From the NCBI GenBank assembly GCA_963847705.1, contig CAWKBC010000029.1:128001-192000 (forward strand): a DNA stretch of 64,000 bases, given 5' to 3'. Position numbers and translations under genes: made by a program. This document shows positions 35,929 through 48,300 of the stretch, piece by piece (position 1 is the first letter of the stretch; each line of letters begins with the position of its first letter). Source of the stretch: an uncultured Pseudomonadota bacterium (GTDB taxonomy: Bacteria > Myxococcota_A > Polyangia > Fen-1088). The notes under the pieces were generated by a model that saw nothing but the letters and a program-made list of their open reading frames with translations, was not told where the DNA came from and did not search any database.

Positions 35929-37071
35929 TCAGTCCCAGGTGGTGCGCATGGCGAAGCGCTCGATCGCGAAGGGCGCCAGGTCGATGGGGGCCTGGCCGGT
36001 GGCGATCAGATCGGCGATCGCCTGGGCGGTGATCGGGGCCAGCAGGATCCCGTTGCGGAAGTGGCCGGTGGCGAGGACCAGGCCGCGGACGCGGGTGGCG
36101 CCCAGGACCGGGAGGTGGTCCTCGGTGAAGGGGCGGAAGTTGGACCAGGTGGCGGTGACGGGCGCGTCGGCGAGCCCGGGGATGAGCGTGCGGGCCAGCG
36201 TCAGGATCGCGGCCAGGCCGCCGACGGTGACCTCCTTGCGAAAGCCGGCCATCTCCACGGTGCTGCCGGCCAGGACCGTTCCGTCGCGGCGCGGGACCAG
36301 GTAGCCCCCGGGCGCCGAGACGACGTGGCGAAACAGCGGCGGGCGGGTCTCGATCGACACCAGCTGGCCACGCGCCGGGCGGACGACGGTCGGCGGCACC
36401 CCTGCCCCCTCGACCAGCCCCGACCAGCTGCCGGCGGCGACCACCACCACCGCGGCCGGCAGCAGATCGCCGTCGAGCTCGACGCCGGTGACGGCCTCCT
36501 TGTCGACAAGCACGCGGCGCACGTAGCGTCCGGTGAGAAACCGCGCGCCGGCGCCGGCCGCCGCCTGCGAGAACGCCCGGGCCAGCTCGCGAGCGACCAC
36601 CTGGGCGTCGTCGGTGAAGGCCAGCGCCGCCCGCACCGCCGGACCGAGCGCCGGCTCGCGCGCGTGCGCCGCCTCGCCCGAAAGACTGTCGACGCGCAGC
36701 CCGCGCGCCAGCTGCCAGGCGCGCCGGGCCGAGAGCGCCGCCTCACCCGCCTCGTCGAAGGCCACGGCCAGGACGCCCGAGCGGTCGTAGCCGACGTCGA
36801 TGCCGGTCAGCTCACGCAGCTCCGCCGCCAGCGCCGGGTAGAGCGCCCGGCTCTTGAGCCCGAGCTCGAGCAGCGGCCCGGGCCCTTCGGCCTCCATCTG
36901 CGGGCCCAGGATGCCGGCCGCGGCGCTCGACGCCTCGGCGCCGGGGATGCCGCGCTCGATGACGGTCACGCCGAGGCCGCGCTGGCAGAGCCGCAGCGCG
37001 ATCGCCGAGCCCATGATGCCGCCGCCGATGATGGCGACGTCGCTGGCCACGCCGCCGGCTGTCTGGTTCAT
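35929..37071 (-). CDS. thiO: Glycine oxidase
   Basis: IIGGGIMG, ASSAAAGIL, RPARGQ and ATGHFRNGILLAP motifs; true start ATG 37071 inside the longer ORF. Confidence 0.92.
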   Translation of the reverse strand: MNQTAGGVASDVAIIGGGIMGSAIALRLCQRGLGVTVIERGIPGAEASSAAAGILGPQMEAEGPGPLLELGLKSRALYPALAAELRELTGIDVGYDRSGVLAVAFDEAGEAALSARRAWQLARGLRVDSLSGEAAHAREPALGPAVRAALAFTDDAQVVARELARAFSQAAAGAGARFLTGRYVRRVLVDKEAVTGVELDGDLLPAAVVVVAAGSWSGLVEGAGVPPTVVRPARGQLVSIETRPPLFRHVVSAPGGYLVPRRDGTVLAGSTVEMAGFRKEVTVGGLAAILTLARTLIPGLADAPVTATWSNFRPFTEDHLPVLGATRVRGLVLATGHFRNGILLAPITAQAIADLIATGQAPIDLAPFAIERFAMRTTWD

Positions 37072-38123
37072 CAGATCCCGTCCGTGGGGGCGGCCGTGCG
37101 CTGCAGCTTCCCCTCGAGCGACTTGGAGATCCAGACCTTGTTCTGCGCGTCGACGATCAGCGTCGCGCAATCGGGATACGAATCGACCAGCTCCATCCCC
37201 TTCTTGGGGCCCAGGATGAAGACCGAATCGTCGAGCGCGTCGGCCAGGAATGCGCTGGGCGCGAAGATCGTCACCTCGCGCGAGGCGGTGGCCGGGTAGC
37301 CGGTCTTGGGATCGATGATGTGGTGGTAGCGGCGGCCGTTGAACACGAAGCCGCGCTCGTAGTCGCCTGCCGTCGAGAAGGCGTGGTCCTGGATCGGCAT
37401 GCGGGCAATGATGTCGCGGGGCCCCCCGCGCGGATCGCGCACGCCGACCATCCAGTTTGCGCTCCCCTTGCGGCCCGCGACGAAGAGATCGCCGCCCGCC
37501 TGCACCATGAAGTTCTCCAGGCCCGCGGCGCGCAGCACCGCCGAGCAGCGATCGACGGCGTACCCCTTGGCGATGCCCCCCAGGCCCATCCGCATGCCGA
37601 CCCGCCGCAGCTTGACCGTCCCGGCCTTGGCGTTCACCAGCACGTCGCGCCAGTTGATGAGCTTGCGGCGCTCGGCGATCTCCTCGGGCAGGGGGATCGA
37701 CTTGTCCATGTCCTCGTCGAACTTCCACAGGCCGTGCATCGCCGCGAAGGTGATGTCGAACGCCCCCTCCGAGCGGCGGGACATCTCGAGCGATTTTTCG
37801 ATCACCTCGAGCGTCTCGGGGCTGACCTTGACTGGCTTCTTCCCGGCCGCCTTGTTGACGCGGACGATGTCGCTCTCCGGCTCGCCCGGCCGCTCCCAGT
37901 CGGTCATCAGCTTTTCGACCCGCCGGATCTCGTCGTAGGCCGCCGCGAAGGCATGCTCGGCCCTGTCCGGGTCGGACGTGTACGCCGAGAACGTCACCTC
38001 CGTCCCCATCGCGGGGAACGTGCGGGCCACCACCCGCGGCGCGGGGACGGGCGGCGCAGCCTGCGCGACCAGCGCGCCCAGCGTCAAAAATGAAAGAGCT
38101 CCGGTCAACACGCGGCAGACCAT
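37071..38123 (-). CDS. apbE: FAD:protein FMN transferase
   Basis: AMGT, GAFDIT, LGGIAKGYAVD, AGGD, STAGDYER and HHIIDPKTG motifs. Confidence 0.95.
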   Translation of the reverse strand: MVCRVLTGALSFLTLGALVAQAAPPVPAPRVVARTFPAMGTEVTFSAYTSDPDRAEHAFAAAYDEIRRVEKLMTDWERPGEPESDIVRVNKAAGKKPVKVSPETLEVIEKSLEMSRRSEGAFDITFAAMHGLWKFDEDMDKSIPLPEEIAERRKLINWRDVLVNAKAGTVKLRRVGMRMGLGGIAKGYAVDRCSAVLRAAGLENFMVQAGGDLFVAGRKGSANWMVGVRDPRGGPRDIIARMPIQDHAFSTAGDYERGFVFNGRRYHHIIDPKTGYPATASREVTIFAPSAFLADALDDSVFILGPKKGMELVDSYPDCATLIVDAQNKVWISKSLEGKLQRTAAPTDGI

Positions 38124-38214
38124 AGCACCGCGTCGCCCAGAGGCGAGAGCGAGAGCGAGACGAGAGACAGAGGCGAGAGCGAGCCGCGCGCACGAGCCGC
38201 GGTCGCCCGCGCTG

Positions 38215-40266
<2,052 letters not shown>

Positions 40267-40331
40267 TTGGGGCGGCAGTCTAGCTGGAGCGCGCCGTCTG
40301 CGGTAGTGAAGATCCTGGTTACGATCAAAGC

Positions 40332-41340
40332 TTGGCGGTCGCCAGCGCGGCGGAGCGCGACCGCGGAGGCGCCCGGCAGGAACAGCGCGCGGAGGAGGAC
40401 GCGGAGGCGCCCGGCAGGAACAGCGCGCGGAGGAGGACGCGGAGGCGCCCGGCAGGAACAGCGCGCGGAGGAGGTCGCGGAGGCGCCCGGCAGGAACAGC
40501 GCGCGGAGGAGGTCGCGGCGCTGGCCGGTGAGAGAGCGATCTCCGACGCCGAGCTCGATGTCGAGCGGGAGCAACGCCGGCGAGAGCTCGGCGAGATCTT
40601 TCGGCGAGAGCGGGAGGCCACCGATCTCCGCCTCGCGCACGAGCGGGTCACGTCTGACGAGGCGGTGGCGGCGCGGGAAGCGTTCCTCGGGATGGTCAAC
40701 CATGATCTGCGAACCATGGTGGGGGGGATCGGCCTGAACCTGGCCCTCTTGGTGAGGGATGTCGTCGATGACGAGCGGGGACGGCGGATCGTCAAGCGCG
40801 TCGACGCCATCGAGCGCTTCACGGGGCGGATCAACCGCCTGGTCGACGACCTCCTCGACGTCGTCGGGATCCACGCGGGAAAGCTCTCCGTCGTTCGCGC
40901 GCCTCACGACGCGATCGCCGTCGTGCGCGACGCGATCGCCGACATGGCGCCCTCCGCGTCGGCGAAGGGATCGCCCTGTCGGCCGAATTGACGGGCCCTC
41001 CCTTGCTCGCCCGTTCGACCACGATTGCGTCCTCCAGGTTCTGGAGAACCTCATCGGAAATGCCGTGAAGCTCACGCCCGCCGGTGGCCGCGTCCTGGTC
41101 CGCGTCCCCTCCACCGAGCCGGAGGTGCGGCTCACGGTCGAGGACACCGGCCCGGGCGTCGCGGGCGACGTTCGCGGCATCTTCGAACCGTTCGCCCAGG
41201 GGACGAACATCTCCCGACGCGGGCTCGGGCTGGGACTCTACATTTCGAGGTGCATCGTCGAGGCCCACGGCGGCAAGCTCTGGGTCGACAAGACCTCCGG
41301 CGAGGGAAGCGCCTCCTGTTTCACCCTCCCCCGCGCCTGA
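40332..41340 (+). pseudogene. Degenerate sensor histidine kinase (HisKA + HATPase), frameshifted near 40970
   Basis: VNHDLRT is in ORF 40332..40991. QVLENLIGNAVK, VEDTGPG and GLGLGLYI are in ORF 40759..41340. The 5' part is occupied by a 38-bp tandem repeat. Confidence 0.8.
40362..40518 (+). repeat. Tandem repeat, 4 x 38 bp
   Basis: cgcggaggcgcccggcaggaacagcgcgcggaggagg(a/t) at 40362, 40400, 40438 and 40476. Confidence 0.95.
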
Positions 41341-41507
41341 GCGCGAGCCGTCGGCCGCGGGACGAGGCGCGAGGACAAGGCCGCCTCTCACGATTCGTCA
41401 CGTCTTGGCGATCCGTCGGCGACTCCTCGCGCCGTTGGGTTTCGAGCCGTTGGGCCTCGGGGCAGGCCGTTGGGCGCGCGCGGCTGTCCCCCGCAACATC
41501 CGCCTAA

Positions 41508-42206
41508 TCAAGTGGGGTGCGGTCGCGGAGCTGCGGCCGGCCGTTCCTCGACCCGCAACGACCCGCCGGCGCGCCGCCAGCCGACGCGCGCCATCCAGGT
41601 GGACGGCAGGGCCGTGGCCGGCGCCAGATCCGTGGGCTCCGGTCCTCGCTGCCACCCCGAAAAGTGTGGCCCGGAGCTCCGTGGGTCGATGCACGGGGGC
41701 GCACGCAGGTGCTTCCGGAAGTTGAGCAGCACGTACACCATGCTCGCCCGCGTCTGCCGCGGCGTCGTGAGCGGGCGGGCGTGGTACCGATCGCCAACCA
41801 CCCTCCCCCGGCGGCCGAGCGCGCGATTCACCGCCAGCGCCAGGCGGATCGCGAGGCCATGCATGCCGCCGCGGGTCCGGCGCGGCTCGTCTCCCTCGAC
41901 GATGAAGTGTCCGTGATCCTGCTGGATCGAGAAATGGACGATTCGAAAGCGATCGATCGAGGCGCGGGCGATGGCCCGCCGGAGCGCGCCGAACAGCCGG
42001 GGGGAGCGAAGCGACGGCAGCCCGGGCGTGGCCCGGATGGTGAGCTGCACCGGATACCGCGGGTCGATCTTGGGTCGCGTGACGTGCGGCATCGACGGTC
42101 GGCCGCGCGGCTTACGGCCGGCGCCTTTACGAGCCCCGCCCCACGTTCTCGCCGCCGGAATGGGCAGCCCCAGCTGTCGAGACCGTCCCGACTTGATTGC
42201 GCGCAT
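41508..42206 (-). CDS. REP-associated tyrosine transposase (RAYT, Y1 HUH family)
   Basis: PVQLTIR...FRIVHFSIQQDHGHFIVE (HUH)...DRYHARPL...YVLLN (catalytic Tyr). Confidence 0.85.
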   Translation of the reverse strand: MRAIKSGRSRQLGLPIPAARTWGGARKGAGRKPRGRPSMPHVTRPKIDPRYPVQLTIRATPGLPSLRSPRLFGALRRAIARASIDRFRIVHFSIQQDHGHFIVEGDEPRRTRGGMHGLAIRLALAVNRALGRRGRVVGDRYHARPLTTPRQTRASMVYVLLNFRKHLRAPPCIDPRSSGPHFSGWQRGPEPTDLAPATALPSTWMARVGWRRAGGSLRVEERPAAAPRPHPT

Positions 42207-42242
42207 GTTCTGTCTTCGGCGCGGGAGGCGCCGAGTTGCGCA

Positions 42243-42346
42243 GGGCGCGAAGGGTTCGCCGGGCGCGAAGGGTTGCGCCGGGCGCGAAGGGTTGCAGGGC
42301 GCGAAGGGTTCGCAGGGCGCGAAGGGTTCGCAGGGCGCGAAGGGTT
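42243..42346 (+). repeat. Tandem repeat, 6 x ~18 bp (gggcgcgaagggtt core)
   Basis: Units of 17-19 bp read directly from the sequence. Confidence 0.93.
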
Positions 42347-42360
42347 GATTCGGCGGATGT

Positions 42361-42521
42361 CGCTCCTGAAGTGACAATCGACTGGAATGGGAGCGTGGAA
42401 CGCTCGTGAAGTGACAATCGACCGGAATGGGAGCGCGCAACGCTCGTGAAGTGACAATCGACCGGAATGGGAGCGCGCAACGCTCGTGAAGTGGCAATCG
42501 ACCGAAAAGGGGGGCGCGGAA
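42361..42521 (+). repeat. Tandem repeat, 4 x 40 bp
   Basis: Consensus cgctcgtgaagtgacaatcgaccggaatgggagcgcgcaa at 42361, 42401, 42441 and 42481. Confidence 0.95.
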
Positions 42522-42585
42522 CGCGAGTTCGGCACCGGCGATGTGACGAATCGTGAGAGGCAGCCTAAGGCAGGCCTAAGGCGGC

Positions 42586-43056
42586 CTAGGCGCCGCCGAG
42601 CGCCCGGACCAGCGTCGCCGCCCGCGCGCCGCTGGCCCGGAACGTCAGCTTCCGACCGCCGTCTGGCAGGATCTCGATCTCGATCGTCAGCCGCTCCGCC
42701 GGCGCGGCCTCCGGGAAGCGGTCGAGCCATTCGATCGCCACCGCGGCGCGATCGAAGGCGTCGGCCAGGCCCAGCTCGTCGAGCTCGCGCGGGTCGTTGA
42801 TGCGGTAGAGGTCGGCGTGGACCAGCGGGACGCGCCCCGGGTGCTCGTTGACCAGCGCGAAGGTGGGGCTGGCCACGTGCCGCTCGGCGGGAACCTCCAC
42901 CCCGCGCGCCACGCCCTGCACGAACGTCGTCTTGCCGGCGCCCAGCGGGCCGACCAGCGCCAGGACGTCGCCGGCCGCCAGCGCGCGCCCGAGCCGCTCG
43001 CCGATCGCCTGCAGATCGGCGGCGGTGGTCGCGGTGAGGGTCAGCGCCTGCGGCAT
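42586..43056 (-). CDS. tsaE: tRNA threonylcarbamoyladenosine biosynthesis ATPase
   Basis: GPLGAGKTT, SPTFALV, HADLYRI and IEW motifs. Confidence 0.95.
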   Translation of the reverse strand: MPQALTLTATTAADLQAIGERLGRALAAGDVLALVGPLGAGKTTFVQGVARGVEVPAERHVASPTFALVNEHPGRVPLVHADLYRINDPRELDELGLADAFDRAAVAIEWLDRFPEAAPAERLTIEIEILPDGGRKLTFRASGARAATLVRALGGA

Positions 43057-43110
43057 CGCTCGTGGGCCGTCACACGTAGATGGTCAACACGTAGATGGTC
43101 AGATGATGGG

Positions 43111-44052
<942 letters not shown>

Positions 44053-44054
44053 GT

Positions 44055-44961
44055 TCAAATCTCTCTCCCGTGAAGTGCCCGCAGGCGTTGGCGTGCCTCG
44101 GGCGTGATCGCCTCCGGCGCGGTGAGAATGGCGTGAGCGGCGGCCCGGGCGCAACCGCAGTCCGCGGCAAACGAGGCGTGCGTCGGCAGCCGGCGCACGA
44201 TCTCCTTGGCGCCGGCGACGTTGGCCGCCAGCACCGCGACGACGCCCGCGGCGGTGACCGCCTCCTCCTCGGCGTGCCAGCAGTCGTAGTCGGTGACCAG
44301 CGCCAGCGAGGCGAAGCAGAGCTCCGCCTCGCGGCAGAGCTTCGCCTCGGTCACCGCGGTCATGCCGATGCAGATCCGCACCCCAGCTCCGGTGCAGCAG
44401 CGACTCGGCGCGGGTGGAGAACTGCGGCCCCTCCATGCAGACGTAGGTGCCGCCGCGGTGGAGGCGCTTGCCGTCCGCCGGTGCGCGGGAGGTGAGGCGC
44501 GCGGCAGCCGGCGCTTCGCGCACGCCCGTCTCGGCCGCGGCGGCCGCCACCGCGGCGCTGAACGCCGCGCAGGTCGGCTCGGCGAAGGAGACGTGGCCCA
44601 CCGCCCCGTCACCGAAGAAGGTGGAGGCCCGCCGGTAGGTCTTGTCGATGAACTGATCGGCCAGCACCAGGTCCCCCGGCGGCATCCCCTCGCGCAACGA
44701 CCCCACCGCCGAGACCGACAGCACCTGCGTCGCCCCCGCGGCCTTGAGCGCGAAGACATTCGCCCGGTAGTTGATCTCCGACGGTGAGAGGCGATGCCCC
44801 GCCCCGTGCCGCGGCAGGAACAGCAGCCGCGCCTCGCCGATCCGCCCGCTGCGGAGCGGCCCGGAGGGCGGCCCATAGGGCGTCGCGACCTCGACCGACC
44901 GTGCGTCGGAGAGACCGTCGATGTCGTAGAGCCCGCTGCCGCCGAGAACGCCGAGGATCAT
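44055..44961 (-). pseudogene. mtnP: S-methyl-5'-thioadenosine phosphorylase with one frameshift near 44380 (possibly an error)
   Basis: LGGSGLY, PRHG, INYRAN, AVGSL and EGPQFSTRAES in one frame; IGMT..EAKLCREAE..VTDYDCW in another. Confidence 0.88.
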
Positions 44962-45028
44962 GCTTCCGCTCAAGGAGTCGATGCTTCTAACACGCGCCCG
45001 CAAGCTGTGGGAGCATGTCAGGCGGCCC

Positions 45029-47041
45029 ATGGCGGACGGCGACTTCGTCGACTATCTGGTGGCGCACGGCGCCTACGCCGAGGCGGCGCGCGCCGCCGTC
45101 GGGCGCGGCGAGCTGGCCCGCGCCATCGCGCTCTACGAGCGGGTCTGGCGGTTCGCCGACGCCTGGCCGCTGGCGCTGACGCTCGGTGATCGGGCGCTGG
45201 CGGTGCGGCTGGCGCTGGACGCCAACCTGCCGGCGCAAGCTTCCGAGATCGCCGAAGCGACCCCGCCCGAGGGGCTGCTGGCGGTGGCCGAGGCGTTTGC
45301 CGCCCGCGGGCGGTCGTTCGAGGCGGCCCGCACGGCCGAGCGGGCCGGCGCCTGGACCCGGGCCGCGGCCTGGTACCGCCGCGCCGGGGCGCCGCTCGAC
45401 GAGGCGCGCGCGGAGACCCGGGCCGGCGCGCTGCGCGAGGCCGGCCTCATCTATGAGCGGTTGATCGGGCAAGGAGGCGGCGGCCACCCGGTCGGCGACG
45501 AAGCCACCTCGGCCCGCCTCGCGCTCGGGCGGCTGCTGGCGCGCCTCGGCCGCGCCGAGGAGGCGGTCCGGCATCTGCAGATCGCCGCGCGCGACCCGTC
45601 GGCGCGGACGGCGGCCTGGCGCGCGCTGTGTGGGCCGCTGCTCGCGCTGGGGCTGCCCGGTGCGGCCGCCGAGATCGCCGCGCGGCTGCACGCCGCCGAC
45701 GCGTCGTTGCCGCGCGCCCCGGGAGAGCTGGCGCTCCTGGAGGAGGCCGCGGCCGAGACCGGACGCCAGGGCGGCGACGGCAACGACGGCGGCGACGTGG
45801 GACGCCGGTATCACCTTCGGCGCCTCATCGGCGCGGGCGCCGTGGGCCGCGTCTACGAGGCGTTCGATTCGCTGCTGGGGGCGCCGGTCGCGCTCAAGCT
45901 GCTGGTGGTGGGCGGCGGCGGGGGCGGTGATCCGGAGCGCCAGGCCTACCTGCGCTACGCGCGTGAGGCCGAGGCCGCCGGACGGCTGCGCCATCCCAAC
46001 ATCGTCGCGCTGGCCGACGCGCAGCCGGCTTCGGGGCTGTTCGTGTTCGAGCTGATGACCGGCGGGACCCTGGCCGACCGGCTGGCCACCCAGGGGCCGT
46101 TGCCGCTGGTGGGCGCGCGGCGGCTGGCGCTCGACCTCCTGGCGGCCCTGGGCGCCGCCCACGAGCGCGGCATCATCCACCGCGACGTGAAGCCGGCGAA
46201 CGTCCTTTACGACGCCGCCGGCAACGCCAAGCTGGGGGATTTCGGCAGCGCGCACCTGGCCGACTTCGGTCAGACCCAGACCGGCGGCTTCTTCGGGACC
46301 GTGGCGTACATGTCGCCCGAGCAGATCACCGGCGCGCCGATCGGATACGCGGCCGATCTGTACGCGCTCGGCGCGACGCTGGTCGAGGCGCTCACCGGAA
46401 AGCCGCCGTTCTTCGGGCCGGATCTGGTGGCCCAACACCTGGGCGAGGCTCCCCCGCCCCCTTCCGAGCGCAGGCCGGGGCTCTCCCCCCTGCACGACGA
46501 AGTGCTGCTGCGCGCGCTGGCGAAGGCGCCCGGCGAACGTTTTGCCTCGGCGATCGAGATGGCGGAGGCCATCGTCGCCTGGCCCACGGAGGCGACGGCG
46601 ATCGGAACGGCGACCGAGACGCGCGCCGCCGCCGCGGCCGCCCCGACGGAGAGGGCCGAGGAGACCGCCACCATCGAACGGGAGCTGTGGCGCACCAGCG
46701 AGGCGCGCCTGGTCTCGCGCCGCGATCCGCGGACCGCGCGGGAGGTGCTGGTCGAGGAGCACGCCTCGCCGCTCGACAGCGCGGCCTTGCAGGAGCTGCG
46801 CGAGGTCGCCGCCGCCGGTGGACCGCAGATCCAGCGTCTGCTCCGGCTCGACGCCGAGCGCCGCGCCATCTGGTACGAGGTCATCGAGGGCGAGCCGCAG
46901 CCGCTCGCCGCGCTCACCCCGCCCGAGCGCGCCGCCCTCGCCGCTCACCTCGACCGTCTGCCCGCGGCCCGCCGGCGGGCCTTCGTCCGCACGCCCGCCG
47001 GCCCGGTGGTGCTGGTGGCGCCCGTGCCCCTCAGCTGGTGA
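45029..47041 (+). CDS. Hanks-type Ser/Thr protein kinase with N-terminal TPR-like helices
   Basis: IGAGAVGRVY, VALK, HRDVKPAN, DFG and YMSPEQ motifs. Confidence 0.92.
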   Translation: MADGDFVDYLVAHGAYAEAARAAVGRGELARAIALYERVWRFADAWPLALTLGDRALAVRLALDANLPAQASEIAEATPPEGLLAVAEAFAARGRSFEAARTAERAGAWTRAAAWYRRAGAPLDEARAETRAGALREAGLIYERLIGQGGGGHPVGDEATSARLALGRLLARLGRAEEAVRHLQIAARDPSARTAAWRALCGPLLALGLPGAAAEIAARLHAADASLPRAPGELALLEEAAAETGRQGGDGNDGGDVGRRYHLRRLIGAGAVGRVYEAFDSLLGAPVALKLLVVGGGGGGDPERQAYLRYAREAEAAGRLRHPNIVALADAQPASGLFVFELMTGGTLADRLATQGPLPLVGARRLALDLLAALGAAHERGIIHRDVKPANVLYDAAGNAKLGDFGSAHLADFGQTQTGGFFGTVAYMSPEQITGAPIGYAADLYALGATLVEALTGKPPFFGPDLVAQHLGEAPPPPSERRPGLSPLHDEVLLRALAKAPGERFASAIEMAEAIVAWPTEATAIGTATETRAAAAAAPTERAEETATIERELWRTSEARLVSRRDPRTAREVLVEEHASPLDSAALQELREVAAAGGPQIQRLLRLDAERRAIWYEVIEGEPQPLAALTPPERAALAAHLDRLPAARRRAFVRTPAGPVVLVAPVPLSW

Positions 47042-48300
47042 AGAGCTGGGTGACGAACAGGGGGCGAGTCCCCGTCACCTCGGGACCGAACACCACGCCG
47101 ACGCCGAGCCGGCGGGCCCGCGGATCGAGCAGGTTGCCGCGGTGGCCCGGACTGCCGACGAACCCGCTCTCCGCCTGCTCGGGGCTGTAGGCGCGGCCGA
47201 CGTTCTCGAACACGATGTCGGGGTTGAGGCCGGCGCGCCGGACGCGATCCATCGCCGTGCCAGTGCGGGGTGACAGATGCCCCACGAAGTCGTGGTCGAG
47301 CATGTCGTGGCAGTGCGCGCGCGCGATCGCCGCCAGCCGCGGGTCGGCGGTGACGGGCGGCAGACCGGCGCGCGCCCGATCGCGGTTCACCAGCGCGACG
47401 ATCTCCCGCTCGGCGACGACCGGATCGGTGGAGCCTTGCTGCATCCCCACCCCGCCCCGCCAGACCGCCGGCGGCGAGACGCCGCAGTAGACCGGAAAGT
47501 TCGCCAGCACCGTCGGGCCGACGGCGCCGGTGGCCACGATCTCGAGCTGGTAGCGCCCGCTGGCCCGGCAGCGGATCTCGCCGGAGAGCTCGCGCCCCCG
47601 CGTCGGCGGGGCCTCGTGGACGTGCCCGTCCGGTGAGGTGATCACCAGCTCGGGATCGCGGTAGGCGGCGTCGATGCGCGCCGCCACCCGCGCCCGGTCG
47701 CCCAGGCGAAGGCGGCGGGCGATCGCCGCGCCGAGGACGACGGGCGTCTCCTGGAATCCGGCCACCACCTGCACCTCCGGGCCGCTGCGATCGATCCCCA
47801 CGCCGATCCGGCCCACGGGGCCGCCGCGCAGGGCCGCCGCGAACTCTTCCCGGGCGCGCGCCCGGATCTCGGCGTCGGTCCCCGGGGTGGCGCGCGCGAA
47901 GAAGAAGTGCGGTGACGGCTCGACCAGACCGTAGTGCGAAAGCAGGAAGGCAATCGCCTCCAGCGACGGCAGCTGGTCGCCGCCGAGGTGGCGCGCCAGA
48001 TCCGTCATCGCCCAGTCGAGCCGCGTGTCGGCGCTCGGCAGGGGTCGCCCTGCCCGCCGGGCCGCAGCCCGGGCGTCCTCGACGATCGCGTCGCGCAACG
48101 GATCGCCTGGCGGTCCGCCGCGCGTCGAGGCCGCCGCCGTGTAGGCGCCGACCGGGGCCGCGCCGGGGATCATCGGCGCCGGGGAGGGCGCGCGCCCCCC
48201 TCCCGTCGCCTGCGCCGACCAGGCGACGGCGAAGGTCAGGGCCAGGGCGCAGACCGACGCCGACCCCGCCTTGCGGCCGGAGCGACCGGCGCGCCTGGGA
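47031..48300 (-). CDS. CAP/SCP-domain secreted protein (start uncertain)
   Basis: LVNRDRARAGL, ARAHCHDM, ENVG and SPGHRGNLL motifs within ORF 47031..48494. Confidence 0.8.

Larger units (their letters stand above)
41378..42566. mobile_element. RAYT-like HUH element bounded by 27-bp inverted repeats
   Basis: aggccgcctctcacgattcgtcacgtc (41378..41404) vs the reverse complement of 42540..42566, aggctgcctctcacgattcgtcacatc (25/27). Confidence 0.75.

Noticed and set aside
35929-38193. 754-aa ApbE-ThiO fusion
   Set aside because: The N-terminal half is an off-frame overlap of apbE; thiO starts at ATG 37071 via a TGATG overlap.
40362-40518. 38-bp repeats as a CRISPR array
   Set aside because: Head-to-tail copies without spacers, inside a kinase remnant.
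42361-42521. 40-bp repeats as a CRISPR or guide array
   Set aside because: Units are contiguous and nearly identical with no unique spacers, and no cas genes are present.
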